Source: an uncultured Holophaga sp. (GTDB taxonomy: Bacteria > Acidobacteriota > Holophagae > Holophagales > Holophagaceae). From it: DNA of 64,000 bases. The stretch spans positions 2,848,001 to 2,912,000 of the forward strand of contig OY761614.1 of the NCBI GenBank assembly GCA_963664825.1, written 5' to 3'. Made by a program: the position numbers and the translations under genes. Positions within the stretch are counted from its first letter, which is position 1, and each line of letters starts with the position of its first letter. Below, in pieces: positions 51,501 to 60,178 of this stretch. The notes beneath the pieces are model-generated. The model searched no databases and was not told the DNA's origin. It saw only the letters and a program-made list of their open reading frames with translations.

Positions 51501-54220
51501 GCCAAGAAACATATGTTTGCACAAGCTATTTGACGGTAGATCACCCATATTCAGTCAGTTATGTAAATAGCACTCATACATTTTATGATGAATTTGGTCG
51601 AGTGATTCTCACTGTAGATCCGAATGGATCTGCCACAAAAATTGATTATAGTTTTCTTGTAAAAACTGTTACCACGGGCCTTCACTGGGATGGTGCAAAT
51701 GCAAACCCCACCCCGGCAACGGCTCGAACGATATTTCTGCAGGACGCTAATGGGCGTCTCGTTAAAGTCGTAAATGCTCTGGATCAAGTGACTGAATACT
51801 TTTACGATGGCGCAGGTAGAATTACTGAAGTCCGACAGTACCCTACATCCTCTTGGAATGGTTCTATGTGTGTGGGGACTGGAACCCCACAGAGACGGTT
51901 TTGGGTATACAATGGTATAGGTTGGCTGGTGGTGTTGGATCAACCCGAAAGTGGAGTGACCTACTACACATCCTTTACCGTGCAGGGGAAACCCACTGAA
52001 ACTATCTATGGTCTCCCTTGTGGTTGGCGTCCTTCCGACTTGAATGTTCGTGACAGCAGCGCCTTTAGCAGAGTGGGCGCAAAAGCCATAAATGTGCAAT
52101 ATGACGATATGGGAAGGACCAAAAGCACACAATCGAGTGATGGTACCGTTGATCAAGCGAACGAATATGGAGCCCCTGGCGTTGTTGCGGCACAAAACGT
52201 TGGAAAACTGGTGAGGATTACCACTAGGCAGGGTTTTGAAAAGACATTAGATTATGATCCTGGAACTGGTCGACTTTCAGCTTTAAGACAAAAAATGGAC
52301 GGATTGCCGCCATTTGAACAATCAATAGGGTACGATACCTATGGGCGAGTTGCCTTACGAATATATCCAGACCAAAAACAGCAAAGGATTCAGTATGACA
52401 ATGCCAAAGGGATCCCAAGCAATGCATATTTTAATTCCAACCAATTAGCAACCTTTTGCTGCGATGATGTTTGGTTATTGCATGCGTTATCTTTTGCAAA
52501 TGGGGCTACATCAACTTTTTTATACGACCGAGATCAAGTTCGACTGGCTAGTCTGAAACAGGAGGTGCCTGGGTCCCTTTTAAAAACTTGGAAATATAAT
52601 TATAACGATGCCGGGCAACTTGGTACTGATGGCGAAAATTGGTACACACATGACCAACTTGGTCGGCTAACTCTGGCATATGTTCGTGATCTATCGGGCA
52701 TCACTTGCCAAGGGGTTCGCCAAGAATTTGCATATGACTCATTCGGAAATCGTCTGAGTGCTGCCACCTGTTTGGTCAGTAATTGGGAGGCTGGGGCACC
52801 CCCCCCAAGTGCGCTAGTCAAGGGAGTGCTTCCGAATGCTCTGACAGCCCTTAATTTCTCGTTCAATAGGTCCGATGCTGCCTTAGCCCGAAATCGGCTT
52901 CCCACAGCTGGGGTCAATGGGGCAGGCACAGGCGCGCTGTACGATACTTTGGGAAATCTGCAGTGTGTCAATACCATTCCCGGGGCTGTGGAAAGTCAGG
53001 TAGCATTCACCTACGATGCTTTAAGCCGAGTTGTGACCCAAAGCTATGGGTCAAATAGTTCTCGCAAAACTGAGGCCTACCTCTATGATGACGAAGGGCT
53101 GCGGATCAAGGTTCTCGAGTCCACTGGGAAAATTCGCTATAACATCTACAACGAAGCCCGCCAGCTCATCGCCCAGTACGAGAAGACGCCCTCCGGTCCC
53201 CTGACCTGGAAGAAGGACATCGTCTACGTCGGCACCAAGGAAATCGCCGAAGTTTCCTCCGACGGCAAGACCAGCGTCACCCTCTGCGATCACCTGGGCA
53301 GCCCCCGCTATAGCTGGGACGGCACAACGCTGACCGAGCAGAAGTTCTTACCGTTTGGTGAGCCGCTAGCCAGCCCGACCGCATCGGCGAAGTTCGCCAA
53401 GGGCTTCACTAACCACGAACAGACGGACGCATCTGGCCTGATCTACATGCAGGCTCGGTTCTATCTGCCTGCCTATGGGCGCTTCGCCAGCCCAGATCCG
53501 GCGCGGGATCAGCACTTTGAGAACACCCAAAGCTGGAACATCTACTCCTACGTCTGCAACAACCCCGTGATGATGACTGACCCCACCGGGATGTTTAGCT
53601 TCAAAGACGCTTGGGACTACACCAAAGACGTCGGAAGATCTTTGGTCGGCGAAGCAAAAGGGGTTGCTGCGGTTGGCGTAGGGATCGCTAAGGCCGTTGC
53701 CCATCCAGTGGACACTGCAAAGGCTCTCGGCAATGCGGCGGCTCATCCCATCGCGACTGCAAAGGCCGTTGGCAACGCGGTTTCGAGTGCTGTAGCCAAT
53801 GCCAATACACCCGAGCAGGCTGGGAAACTGGTTGGGAACGCCCTGGCCAATGCTTTCCTAGTGGCAGCTCCATTTGCCAGTGCCGCAGGTGGTGCTGGAG
53901 AGGTGGCTAATGCCGCAGCGATAACGGAACGCGCTGGGGCGACATCGGGACTTGAGGCCGCTGTCGGAGAAACCAGGGTCACGCGCTGGATGGGGGAAGC
54001 AGAGTCTGTAGCCATGAAGGACAGCGGGAACCTCCAGTTTGGCGCTGGCGGGAGATCCTACGTCACCGACCTTGGAGCCCCCCAACCGGGTGGGACTGGA
54101 CCAGTCCAGGTTAATTTCAATGTTCCAACCCAAAGTTTGCAACCGGCTGGCAATCAAGGCTGGTATCAGATTCTGGATGCAAAGCGCCCTCCGGTTACCG
54201 GCATTGAGGTGGTAAAGTGA
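48542..54220 (+). CDS. Large Rhs/YD-repeat polymorphic toxin (1892 aa)
   Basis: YD repeats (YDEFGRV, YDGAGRI, YDSFGNRL); core end GFTNHEQTD.SGLIYMQARFY...NIYSYVCNNPVMMTDPTG; variable C-terminal domain. Confidence 0.93.
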   Translation: MIMRRALFALCLSLSELGTGSLVAQSYHNSFSPVNYDRSRGPSVLKGGVDVDAATGAVSVEIPLGPGIGARGAQFCPTIRGRHAVYQEQARIGPSAGNIHYLPSGCFGIAPGSLRLSGGYYFGSYDGPQGESEHFGVINDKITDTQLILQNFGYSNGTVVSKPTQTGDSKGRPGYRPSDGLAVTDSGALVIPLSHPTEFPPLQLTAPVVEGYSQAMYSIPQRILVVKGDIGYEYVFSNQAWYIPVEMDDSAIVANVRATETNVFLRWASDKTPIEFPQLVSFDNSFLAWRVNIYRPDLLNVAIDQIQYSLSRILNRFGEYIQFDYGTRSTGLDYMAEWFRDGKSTNIKIKQEYISQTSGSNWWDTQYQVRLSYEGVEHTSYLINLGLQNSSAEIRTEKWWDNIWHGFIPLGRSTAESVSTIAPMINNKIISVVPESAPSEAIEFTWEYLPISDELRTVPVRLTKVTSPGREVSLSWEAYEYMPTMMGDFGWWIFTNSYIKDPLGAPKIYYAFGVKQLDDKDTGNGQVRTTSFIRKVPTPDWTCKSLWKTTDFYAVVIYPDHSKTMYRYLDAKELTVPAGAPPAEGCIRATAFWKNFPMEERHYGSLTSWESDISKTPNNCSAQTVILRDRLTLISPGNPSGIYSGSSQVIPTRVRELDLLNQRLTSSELVNWSSTSLGWRQQRKLTYMGNGIPDLTIDISSLEDKKAQPADRNPLVQCVIDMEYSTNLSLWWLARNIWKQSTMVMDATGSTTSPSGFLIANSTKTLDDLNRVTQAQTGASFLMSTVFSYDDRKALPQSAILRSSQSFPLLFSGNIGSKFDYDQSYGFLSTIHPSLSTANLTVSQVSDAANRPTSQVGMDSLSTGIKWDPLGRLNLITPPGGDESTSYTPDPDGLGVVIERGVEKTQLRYNAYGELVLERKFDAAHGVIHRALGYDLAGRKIWETTWRKGSGDEFGWNKPLAPDDEETLPWTEATNECASFDVRIVNGQETYVCTSYLTVDHPYSVSYVNSTHTFYDEFGRVILTVDPNGSATKIDYSFLVKTVTTGLHWDGANANPTPATARTIFLQDANGRLVKVVNALDQVTEYFYDGAGRITEVRQYPTSSWNGSMCVGTGTPQRRFWVYNGIGWLVVLDQPESGVTYYTSFTVQGKPTETIYGLPCGWRPSDLNVRDSSAFSRVGAKAINVQYDDMGRTKSTQSSDGTVDQANEYGAPGVVAAQNVGKLVRITTRQGFEKTLDYDPGTGRLSALRQKMDGLPPFEQSIGYDTYGRVALRIYPDQKQQRIQYDNAKGIPSNAYFNSNQLATFCCDDVWLLHALSFANGATSTFLYDRDQVRLASLKQEVPGSLLKTWKYNYNDAGQLGTDGENWYTHDQLGRLTLAYVRDLSGITCQGVRQEFAYDSFGNRLSAATCLVSNWEAGAPPPSALVKGVLPNALTALNFSFNRSDAALARNRLPTAGVNGAGTGALYDTLGNLQCVNTIPGAVESQVAFTYDALSRVVTQSYGSNSSRKTEAYLYDDEGLRIKVLESTGKIRYNIYNEARQLIAQYEKTPSGPLTWKKDIVYVGTKEIAEVSSDGKTSVTLCDHLGSPRYSWDGTTLTEQKFLPFGEPLASPTASAKFAKGFTNHEQTDASGLIYMQARFYLPAYGRFASPDPARDQHFENTQSWNIYSYVCNNPVMMTDPTGMFSFKDAWDYTKDVGRSLVGEAKGVAAVGVGIAKAVAHPVDTAKALGNAAAHPIATAKAVGNAVSSAVANANTPEQAGKLVGNALANAFLVAAPFASAAGGAGEVANAAAITERAGATSGLEAAVGETRVTRWMGEAESVAMKDSGNLQFGAGGRSYVTDLGAPQPGGTGPVQVNFNVPTQSLQPAGNQGWYQILDAKRPPVTGIEVVK

Positions 54221-54612
54221 TGGAAAATCATTCTTTATACGCTATCGGCTGTAATGCCATTGACTTCGATGCCTGTAAGGCTGTGGCCGAAGAAGAGTGT
54301 GGTCCAGTCGAAGTTCAATCAAATCGAATTTTTATTAAAACAAGCAGCGGCAGCATTCAGATGGAGATGTGCACGAACGACATGTTCAAAGATGAGGTCA
54401 TTGTTATTTCTGTGAATGAAGTGCTGCAAGACCTTGTGGGGCAGGCGTGGGGAATCCTGATTGGTCTTTTTGTCCAATTTGATACGCCTGTTTGGATATC
54501 TACCTACAATCGGCAATACCTTGAAAAGTATGGGGATGTTGTGGACCTAGAAATCAACGAAACTAGTGGCTTTTTAATGAGTCCTGGTTCCTTCGACAAA
54601 ATGATTTCATAG
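54217..54612 (+). CDS. Putative immunity protein for the full-length Rhs
   Basis: Small acidic low-GC ORF overlapping the Rhs stop codon. Confidence 0.7.
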   Translation: MMENHSLYAIGCNAIDFDACKAVAEEECGPVEVQSNRIFIKTSSGSIQMEMCTNDMFKDEVIVISVNEVLQDLVGQAWGILIGLFVQFDTPVWISTYNRQYLEKYGDVVDLEINETSGFLMSPGSFDKMIS

Positions 54613-54727
54613 GTCTAGGCGGTAGGTGACCATTGTTCTTTCGCAAGAAGAAGCTCCCCGAGATCGTCATCCTGCCTGCGGGGTTCAGGGTCAATGACAC
54701 CGTGATCAGCAGTTTCTCCTCATCCCG

Positions 54728-55483
54728 GTGCGGCAGTGGTTCAGTTGGCTGGTCAAGCAGGGGCACCTCCCGTTCAGCCCGGCGGCGGAGCTGGAGCTGC
54801 CCAAGGTGGTGCGCAGGCTGCCCAAGGCCATCCTGTCCGCCCAGGAGGCCGAGGCGGTGCTGGCGATGCCCAACGTGGCCACGGCGGTGGGGCTGCGGGA
54901 CCGGGCGATCCTGGAGACGTTCTACTCCACGGGCATCCGGCGGACGGAGCTGACTAAGCTGGCCATCCAGGACGTGGACCGGGAGCGCGGGACGCTGTTC
55001 ATCCGTGAGGGCAAGGGCAAGAGGGACCGCATGATCCCCATCGGCGAGCGGGCGTTGGCGTGGATCGCCGCCTACCGCGACCGGGCGAGGCCCGAACTGG
55101 TGGGGCTCCAGGACGACGGCACGTTGTTCCTGAACAACCTGGGCAGGCCGCTGAAGCCGTTCCACCTGACCATCCTGGCCGGGCTCTACGTGAAGAAGTC
55201 CGGCATCGGCAAGGAGGGTGCCTGCCACCTGTTCCGCCACACGATGGCCACGCTGATGCTGGAGAACGGCGCGGACACCCGCTACATCCAGGCCATGCTC
55301 GGCCACGCCAGCCTGGAGACCACGCAGATCTACACGAAGGTGAGCATCCGGGCGCTGAAGGCCATCCACACGGCCACGCACCCCGGCAGGATGCCGGAGG
55401 CCGCCCGGAAGTGGTTGGAGAAGGAGCCCGACCCGACCGCCGCAGACCTGCTGGTCCGGCTCGGCCAGGAAGACCCGGAATGA
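54728..55483 (+). pseudogene. N-truncated XerC/XerD-like tyrosine recombinase
   Basis: YSTGIRRTE, GKGKRDR, HLFRHTMAT, MLGH, TQIYT all present; in-frame stop at 54695, so the N-terminal core-binding domain is largely missing. Confidence 0.85.
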
Positions 55484-55758
55484 AGGCGGAGCAGGTCATC
55501 GACGGCATCCCCGTGAACCCCGTGCTGCCGGTGGCGTTCTACGACACCCCCAACGAGGCCAGGCCCGCCAGCCAGGACGAGTGGTGGGACCGGCCCTACG
55601 TCATCACGGTGCCCAACGAGCACTGGCCCCAGGGCGTCCGGTTCGACACCTACTGCCTGGACGGCGGAGCCTGGGACCGGCCCACGGCCTGGGGCAAGTT
55701 CGGGACGTTGGAGGAGGCCATCGCCTGCGCCAAGACCGGCCCGGCCTGGCGGCGCTGA
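55480..55758 (+). CDS. Hypothetical protein
   Basis: ATGA overlap with the recombinase stop; 92 aa, Trp-rich (CLDGGAWDRPTAWG). Confidence 0.65.
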   Translation: MKAEQVIDGIPVNPVLPVAFYDTPNEARPASQDEWWDRPYVITVPNEHWPQGVRFDTYCLDGGAWDRPTAWGKFGTLEEAIACAKTGPAWRR

Positions 55759-55864
55759 GGCCCGTGGGGGAGCGAGGGGTGGTCGAGCGATTTATTACGG
55801 GAGGGACCCACAAGACCCTGGGATAGTTGTGAATACCTGGACGTTCCAACTTGAGGGAGACCGC

Positions 55865-56446
55865 ATGGGCCTCGTGGTGAGCAGCTTAAGTCATGTCCCT
55901 TTGAACGCCGACCGGGATTACTTCATCTACCTCCTACGTGGGGGCTGGAATAGCGCCCTGGACCAGGTGCTGGAGTCGCATTTCATGCGTTTCGCTCAGG
56001 AAGCAAGCGAGACCAGGTCCGCCGTCATCGCCGGGCTGCATGGCAGTCACTTCGGCAACGACGTGTTCTCGTGGCACCACATCAACGGCGAGGACGGCGA
56101 GGCGGCACTGCCCGCAATCCTGCTGACGACGGTTCACCCGAAATACTTCGAGCACGAAGGCGATCCCTTCTGGAGGACCAATGCGCAGAAGGACTACATG
56201 CAGTTGATCCCGTTGAAGAAGTGGGCCAACTCTGCGGATGACGTCATCACCCTGGTTCAGAGGATCTTTTCGGACATCAAGGAGCACAAGGAGCTGCGGG
56301 ACTTCACGGTCGTCAAGGAGATCCGGAGAGCGGGGGGGACGGCGCTCATGGATGGCGTGGTCCTCCAGCCCAACTTCCTCGGCCTGGGCGCTGACCTGAA
56401 GAAGTTAGCAAAGGCGGTTCGGGGCAAAGGGGCGGCGAAGAAGTAG
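55865..56446 (+). CDS. Hypothetical protein
   Basis: 193-aa ORF with GAGGGAG RBS and C-terminal LQPNFLGLGADLKKL. Confidence 0.75.
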   Translation: MGLVVSSLSHVPLNADRDYFIYLLRGGWNSALDQVLESHFMRFAQEASETRSAVIAGLHGSHFGNDVFSWHHINGEDGEAALPAILLTTVHPKYFEHEGDPFWRTNAQKDYMQLIPLKKWANSADDVITLVQRIFSDIKEHKELRDFTVVKEIRRAGGTALMDGVVLQPNFLGLGADLKKLAKAVRGKGAAKK

Positions 56447-56740
56447 CCTCTCTGTGGTGCCGAAGGCAGGGACCAGATCGGCGGCGGGGTAGGCGGGCCG
56501 AGATCCGGGGAAGCAGTGAATGGTTGGGGAGGTTACCCTGATGGGGTGCCTCCCCATCTCGATGTTTTTCCTTTAGCCGCTCTCCCTGGCCGCCGGTCCC
56601 CGGTAGGCCGTCAGGGCTGTGGTGGCGGGAAAGTCGCGTCAGGGGGTCTCCGGGGCTACAATGGGTTCAGTTCATTGAAAAGCCCCGTGCCACAAGGGAA
56701 AGTGCCCTCTCGTAGGCGGGAGTTGCATAGGGGCACCCAC

Positions 56741-57505
56741 ATGCAGGCTCGCTTCTATCTGCCGATATATGGGCGGTTTGCATCTCCAGATCCGGCGAGA
56801 GATCAGCACTTCGAAGACACGCAGAGCTGGAACATCTACAGCTATGTGCAGAACAACCCGGTGATGAGCATTGACCCCACTGGGATGGTTGATAACCCTT
56901 TCCAGGAACAATTGACTAGATCTAGAATTGTTGATGGAAAACAATCATCAGAGACGATTTCAATCAAAGGTCATAATTTAGATGCTTTGGGCATAAAGGT
57001 GTATGAAACGGTCGGTAAACCTGGTAGTTTTAGTGATGGTGTTTTGTCTGCTGGGCGTGGCGATGTTTCATTCGCACTGGATGCAAAAGGCTCATTTAGT
57101 CAGAATGGATCACCATCATTCACGGGGAGCTTAGATAAGCTTGTAGCTTGGGATCAACAGCTGTCAGGCAAAAAATTCGATGCGGCTATTGGATGCACGC
57201 TGAGTGCATCGGCTGATGTGGCTACACTTGGGCTCGCTGGGTCTGCGGAAAGGGGTCTGGCTGGCGCCTTTAAATGGGTAGCGGGGTTGTTCGCGCCAAA
57301 GGTGCAAAATCCAATCGGCATTGCTAATACGGTCAACGGGGTAGCCACAGGGGACAAATCGACTCCCGGAAAGGCTTTACTGTCAACGGCAATGTCCATT
57401 GCGCCAATTGTTGGAACCCTTAAGGGGGTTTCTGATGCAGACAAACTAAACAACCATGGGGTCGAATTAGTGAAAGAAAAACCAAAAAACATCAAAGAAC
57501 AGTGA
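56741..57505 (+). CDS. Orphan Rhs core-end plus toxin tip, cassette A
   Basis: Begins MQARFYLPIYGRFASPDPARDQHFEDTQSWNIYSYVQNNPVMSIDPTG, near-identical to the full Rhs core end; new Gly/Ala-rich C-terminus. Confidence 0.88.
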   Translation: MQARFYLPIYGRFASPDPARDQHFEDTQSWNIYSYVQNNPVMSIDPTGMVDNPFQEQLTRSRIVDGKQSSETISIKGHNLDALGIKVYETVGKPGSFSDGVLSAGRGDVSFALDAKGSFSQNGSPSFTGSLDKLVAWDQQLSGKKFDAAIGCTLSASADVATLGLAGSAERGLAGAFKWVAGLFAPKVQNPIGIANTVNGVATGDKSTPGKALLSTAMSIAPIVGTLKGVSDADKLNNHGVELVKEKPKNIKEQ

Positions 57506-57577
57506 TTACGTGCCATTTTTCCGAAAATGTTAAAACGAAAAATAAGCAATCAGTTATGAACGCGGAGAGAAATTCCA

Positions 57578-58060
57578 ATGAATATTGAGCTTGATGTTGG
57601 AGAATTTGTTGTTTCAAAAATTCGCAAACGACCATTGTTCTTATTTTTTGGACTACTATTCAATCGCATTGCTCCTGGTTTTTTGTTGTTCCCAATGTTG
57701 ATTTATTCGATGGTGCGCCCAAAGGAAATGGTATCTGCCATTTCGTCTGAAAATTCCTGGCTTATTGTGTTATTTTTTTTGATAGTTGCGTTGGGGATTG
57801 TTGGTCAGTCAATTATTGTGTATGATTTTTTCACAAAAACTATCGCTATAACCAATCAAAGAGTGTTGATAATAAAGCAAAAATCAATTGTTTCGTATGA
57901 ATTTAGTAAAATATTGTCGCATGAATCGCGTGACGGCTTCTTTGCATCCGCGCTTACATTAAAATTCGATGACCAAAATATTGTTGTACTAGATTATTTG
58001 GACCCTTCGAGTGTGGGTGAATTTGAATCCGAATTATTAAAATGTAAAACAACAAAGTAA
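57578..58060 (+). CDS. Putative membrane immunity protein, cassette A
   Basis: Very AT-rich; two TM helices and a PH-like C-terminal segment (AITNQRVLII). Confidence 0.7.
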   Translation: MNIELDVGEFVVSKIRKRPLFLFFGLLFNRIAPGFLLFPMLIYSMVRPKEMVSAISSENSWLIVLFFLIVALGIVGQSIIVYDFFTKTIAITNQRVLIIKQKSIVSYEFSKILSHESRDGFFASALTLKFDDQNIVVLDYLDPSSVGEFESELLKCKTTK

Positions 58061-58198
58061 TTTCCTAGTGTTTATCATGAACACTAAAATTTCTCTGGTC
58101 GTCAACTCCAAATAATCGACTGTCCCTCGCCAAGTCTCGATCCATGCCGATTACACGTTCCAACCCACAGCAAGCTAACACCACGCCCCTCCTTCGGG

Positions 58199-59826
58199 GT
58201 ATCGATTCACCCCCTTTGTCCCAGCGACCGCGTAAGCCGGTGGCAGCCACCCGTGATGGGCTGGTGATGTACCGCTTGTCCTGTCAGCCTCAGGCCGGTT
58301 CCAGTGCCGGTAGGGGCTGATTCGATTGGGCAGCGTGGAGGGCCTTGAGCAGCCAGTCGAAGTAGGGGACGCCGCGAATGCGGGCGGTGGTGCCCAGGCT
58401 CAGGAGCCGTTCGAAGAATCGCTTTCCGTCCGCGCTGGGCAGCCGCTGGAAGATCCGCTTGAGGATCACGAGGGGGCGCAGGGCGCGTTCGGCGGCGTTG
58501 TTGGTGGGTTCCACGCCTTCGACCTTCAGGAACACCCAGAGCTTGTCCCATTTTCGGAGGAGGTCCCTCCCGAGGTTCCGAGCGGCCCTGTGATCCATCG
58601 TGCTGGCCTGGATCAGGCCGCGTTTGAGCCGCGCCAGATTGAGGGCGGTGCAGGCCCGCAGATCCTTGCGGCTGATCTCGTTGGCCCGGAAGGCGTGCCA
58701 CAGCGCAAAGACCTCCTCCTGCTCGGTCAGGAGGCGCTTCCCCAGCGCGGCCACCTCGGGCTTCGCGGATTCGCTGAGGGCGATGAACTCCCTGCGCAAA
58801 TGGGCCCAGCAGAACTGGCGAACGGCAGATTTCAAGGCGTTGTAGGCGCCGTACCGGTCCGTTCCGATGACGCCACTGAAATCCTCGGGAAGCATCGCGG
58901 TCAGGGCCCTCGCCCCACGGGTGTCGCTGAAGTGGAAGAGGGCCGTGCGGGCGGAAAGGGCCACCCAAATCCAGTCCCGATCCTTCCGCCCAAAGCCGGT
59001 CTCGTCGAGGTTGAGCACGTCCGCCGTACGGATCTGCTGGGAGAGGTCCTCCCAGGCGGGCAGCAGATGGTTCCCGAGGGCCACGCCGCTCTCATGCAGC
59101 CAACCGCGTGAGACCGCTACGCCCGTCACCTCCAAGAGGAAACGTTGGAGCGGCGTCAGGCTCATGCGGCCCTCCGTGCGTAGATAGGCCGCCGCAGCCT
59201 GGAGGCGCGGGCCGATCCCGCCGGGCGCGGCCTCCGGTGGCAGCGAAGCCCGGACTTTTCGCTGGCAATGCGGGCAGATGCCCTCCTCCAGCGCGTAAGC
59301 GATGACTTCTGTGAGTCGCTGAGCCAGATCCACCACCCGGTGCAGGCGCGTCCCGGTGATGGCCCCTGAAGGAACCTCGCCGCGGCAGTGGGGGCAGCAG
59401 GCGAGGGGCACCGCCACGGTCCGATCCTCGCTGCCCTCCGGCAACATCACCCGAGCGGACCCCTTCCGTCCCGGTTGGCCGCCGCGCTTGCGCCCCGTGG
59501 GCGGCATCGGTGGTTTGGGCGGTGCTGCGGGCCCGTCCGAGCTGGGAGGCTTGCTGCTGTTGCGACTGTCTTTCCCGAGCCGCTCCTGGAGGGACTCCAG
59601 CAGCTTCTCCAGACGTTCCATCGTCTCCCGCAGGCGAGTCATTTCCGCACGCAGTTCCCCGTTCTCGGCAGCCAGCGCCAGATAACGCGGATCAGTCAGA
59701 ACGGGATCAAGCTCCATCCTTTAGAATCTGACTGGTTTGAGACCGAAGTACAAGTAAATTATTCACTTGCAGTGATTCCCCCCCCCTCAATCACGAGTTG
59801 AACCTGAAGGGGGGGTGAATCGATAC
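58199..59826 (-). mobile_element. IS66-family element (1628 bp)
   Basis: Perfect IRs GTATCGATTCACCCCC; 8-bp target duplication CCTTCGGG at 58191-58198 and 59827-59834. Confidence 0.95.
58290..59717 (-). CDS. IS66 family transposase
   Basis: DSRNSSKPPSSD, NLDETG, QFCWAHLRR, EPTNNAAERALR. Confidence 0.95.
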   Translation of the reverse strand: MELDPVLTDPRYLALAAENGELRAEMTRLRETMERLEKLLESLQERLGKDSRNSSKPPSSDGPAAPPKPPMPPTGRKRGGQPGRKGSARVMLPEGSEDRTVAVPLACCPHCRGEVPSGAITGTRLHRVVDLAQRLTEVIAYALEEGICPHCQRKVRASLPPEAAPGGIGPRLQAAAAYLRTEGRMSLTPLQRFLLEVTGVAVSRGWLHESGVALGNHLLPAWEDLSQQIRTADVLNLDETGFGRKDRDWIWVALSARTALFHFSDTRGARALTAMLPEDFSGVIGTDRYGAYNALKSAVRQFCWAHLRREFIALSESAKPEVAALGKRLLTEQEEVFALWHAFRANEISRKDLRACTALNLARLKRGLIQASTMDHRAARNLGRDLLRKWDKLWVFLKVEGVEPTNNAAERALRPLVILKRIFQRLPSADGKRFFERLLSLGTTARIRGVPYFDWLLKALHAAQSNQPLPALEPA

Positions 59827-59951
59827 CCTTCGGGAGGGGTGCTGCTATACGCCGTAGAACGCTCTAGGATGTGCCTGGCGTGCTGTGGGCATGGTTGGTG
59901 ACCTGAGCTGCTGCCGTGTGTCCTGGGTGCAGAGGAGCGCGGGGGGTAGTC

Positions 59952-60001
59952 GGTCGGGGCTTGGTCGGGCATCGGTCGGGGTCCGGTCGGTAGGTGGTCG
60001 G
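59952..60001. repeat. GGTCGG x5 at exact 11-bp period
   Basis: Hexamer starts at 59952, 59963, 59974, 59985, 59996 with variable 5-bp spacers. Confidence 0.85.
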
Positions 60002-60178
60002 GCTTGCTGATTCCCTGCAGAGGCAATAGTGGCGCGTGGATGCCTGCTGGGATCGCTTCCACGCGTCTGGAGCCGCGTCAGGGGGTCTCGCTGCTACCCT
60101 GGGATCACGATCTTTGAAAAGCACCATCCCGTCTAAGTTTGCTGCCATTTGAGCGCAGAACCGCAGCAGGGCTGCCTT

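Noticed and set aside
48135..59826. Composite transposon formed by the two related IS66 copies around the Rhs locus
   Set aside because: The left copy lacks its outer end, and the right copy has its own matching target duplication, so it inserted independently
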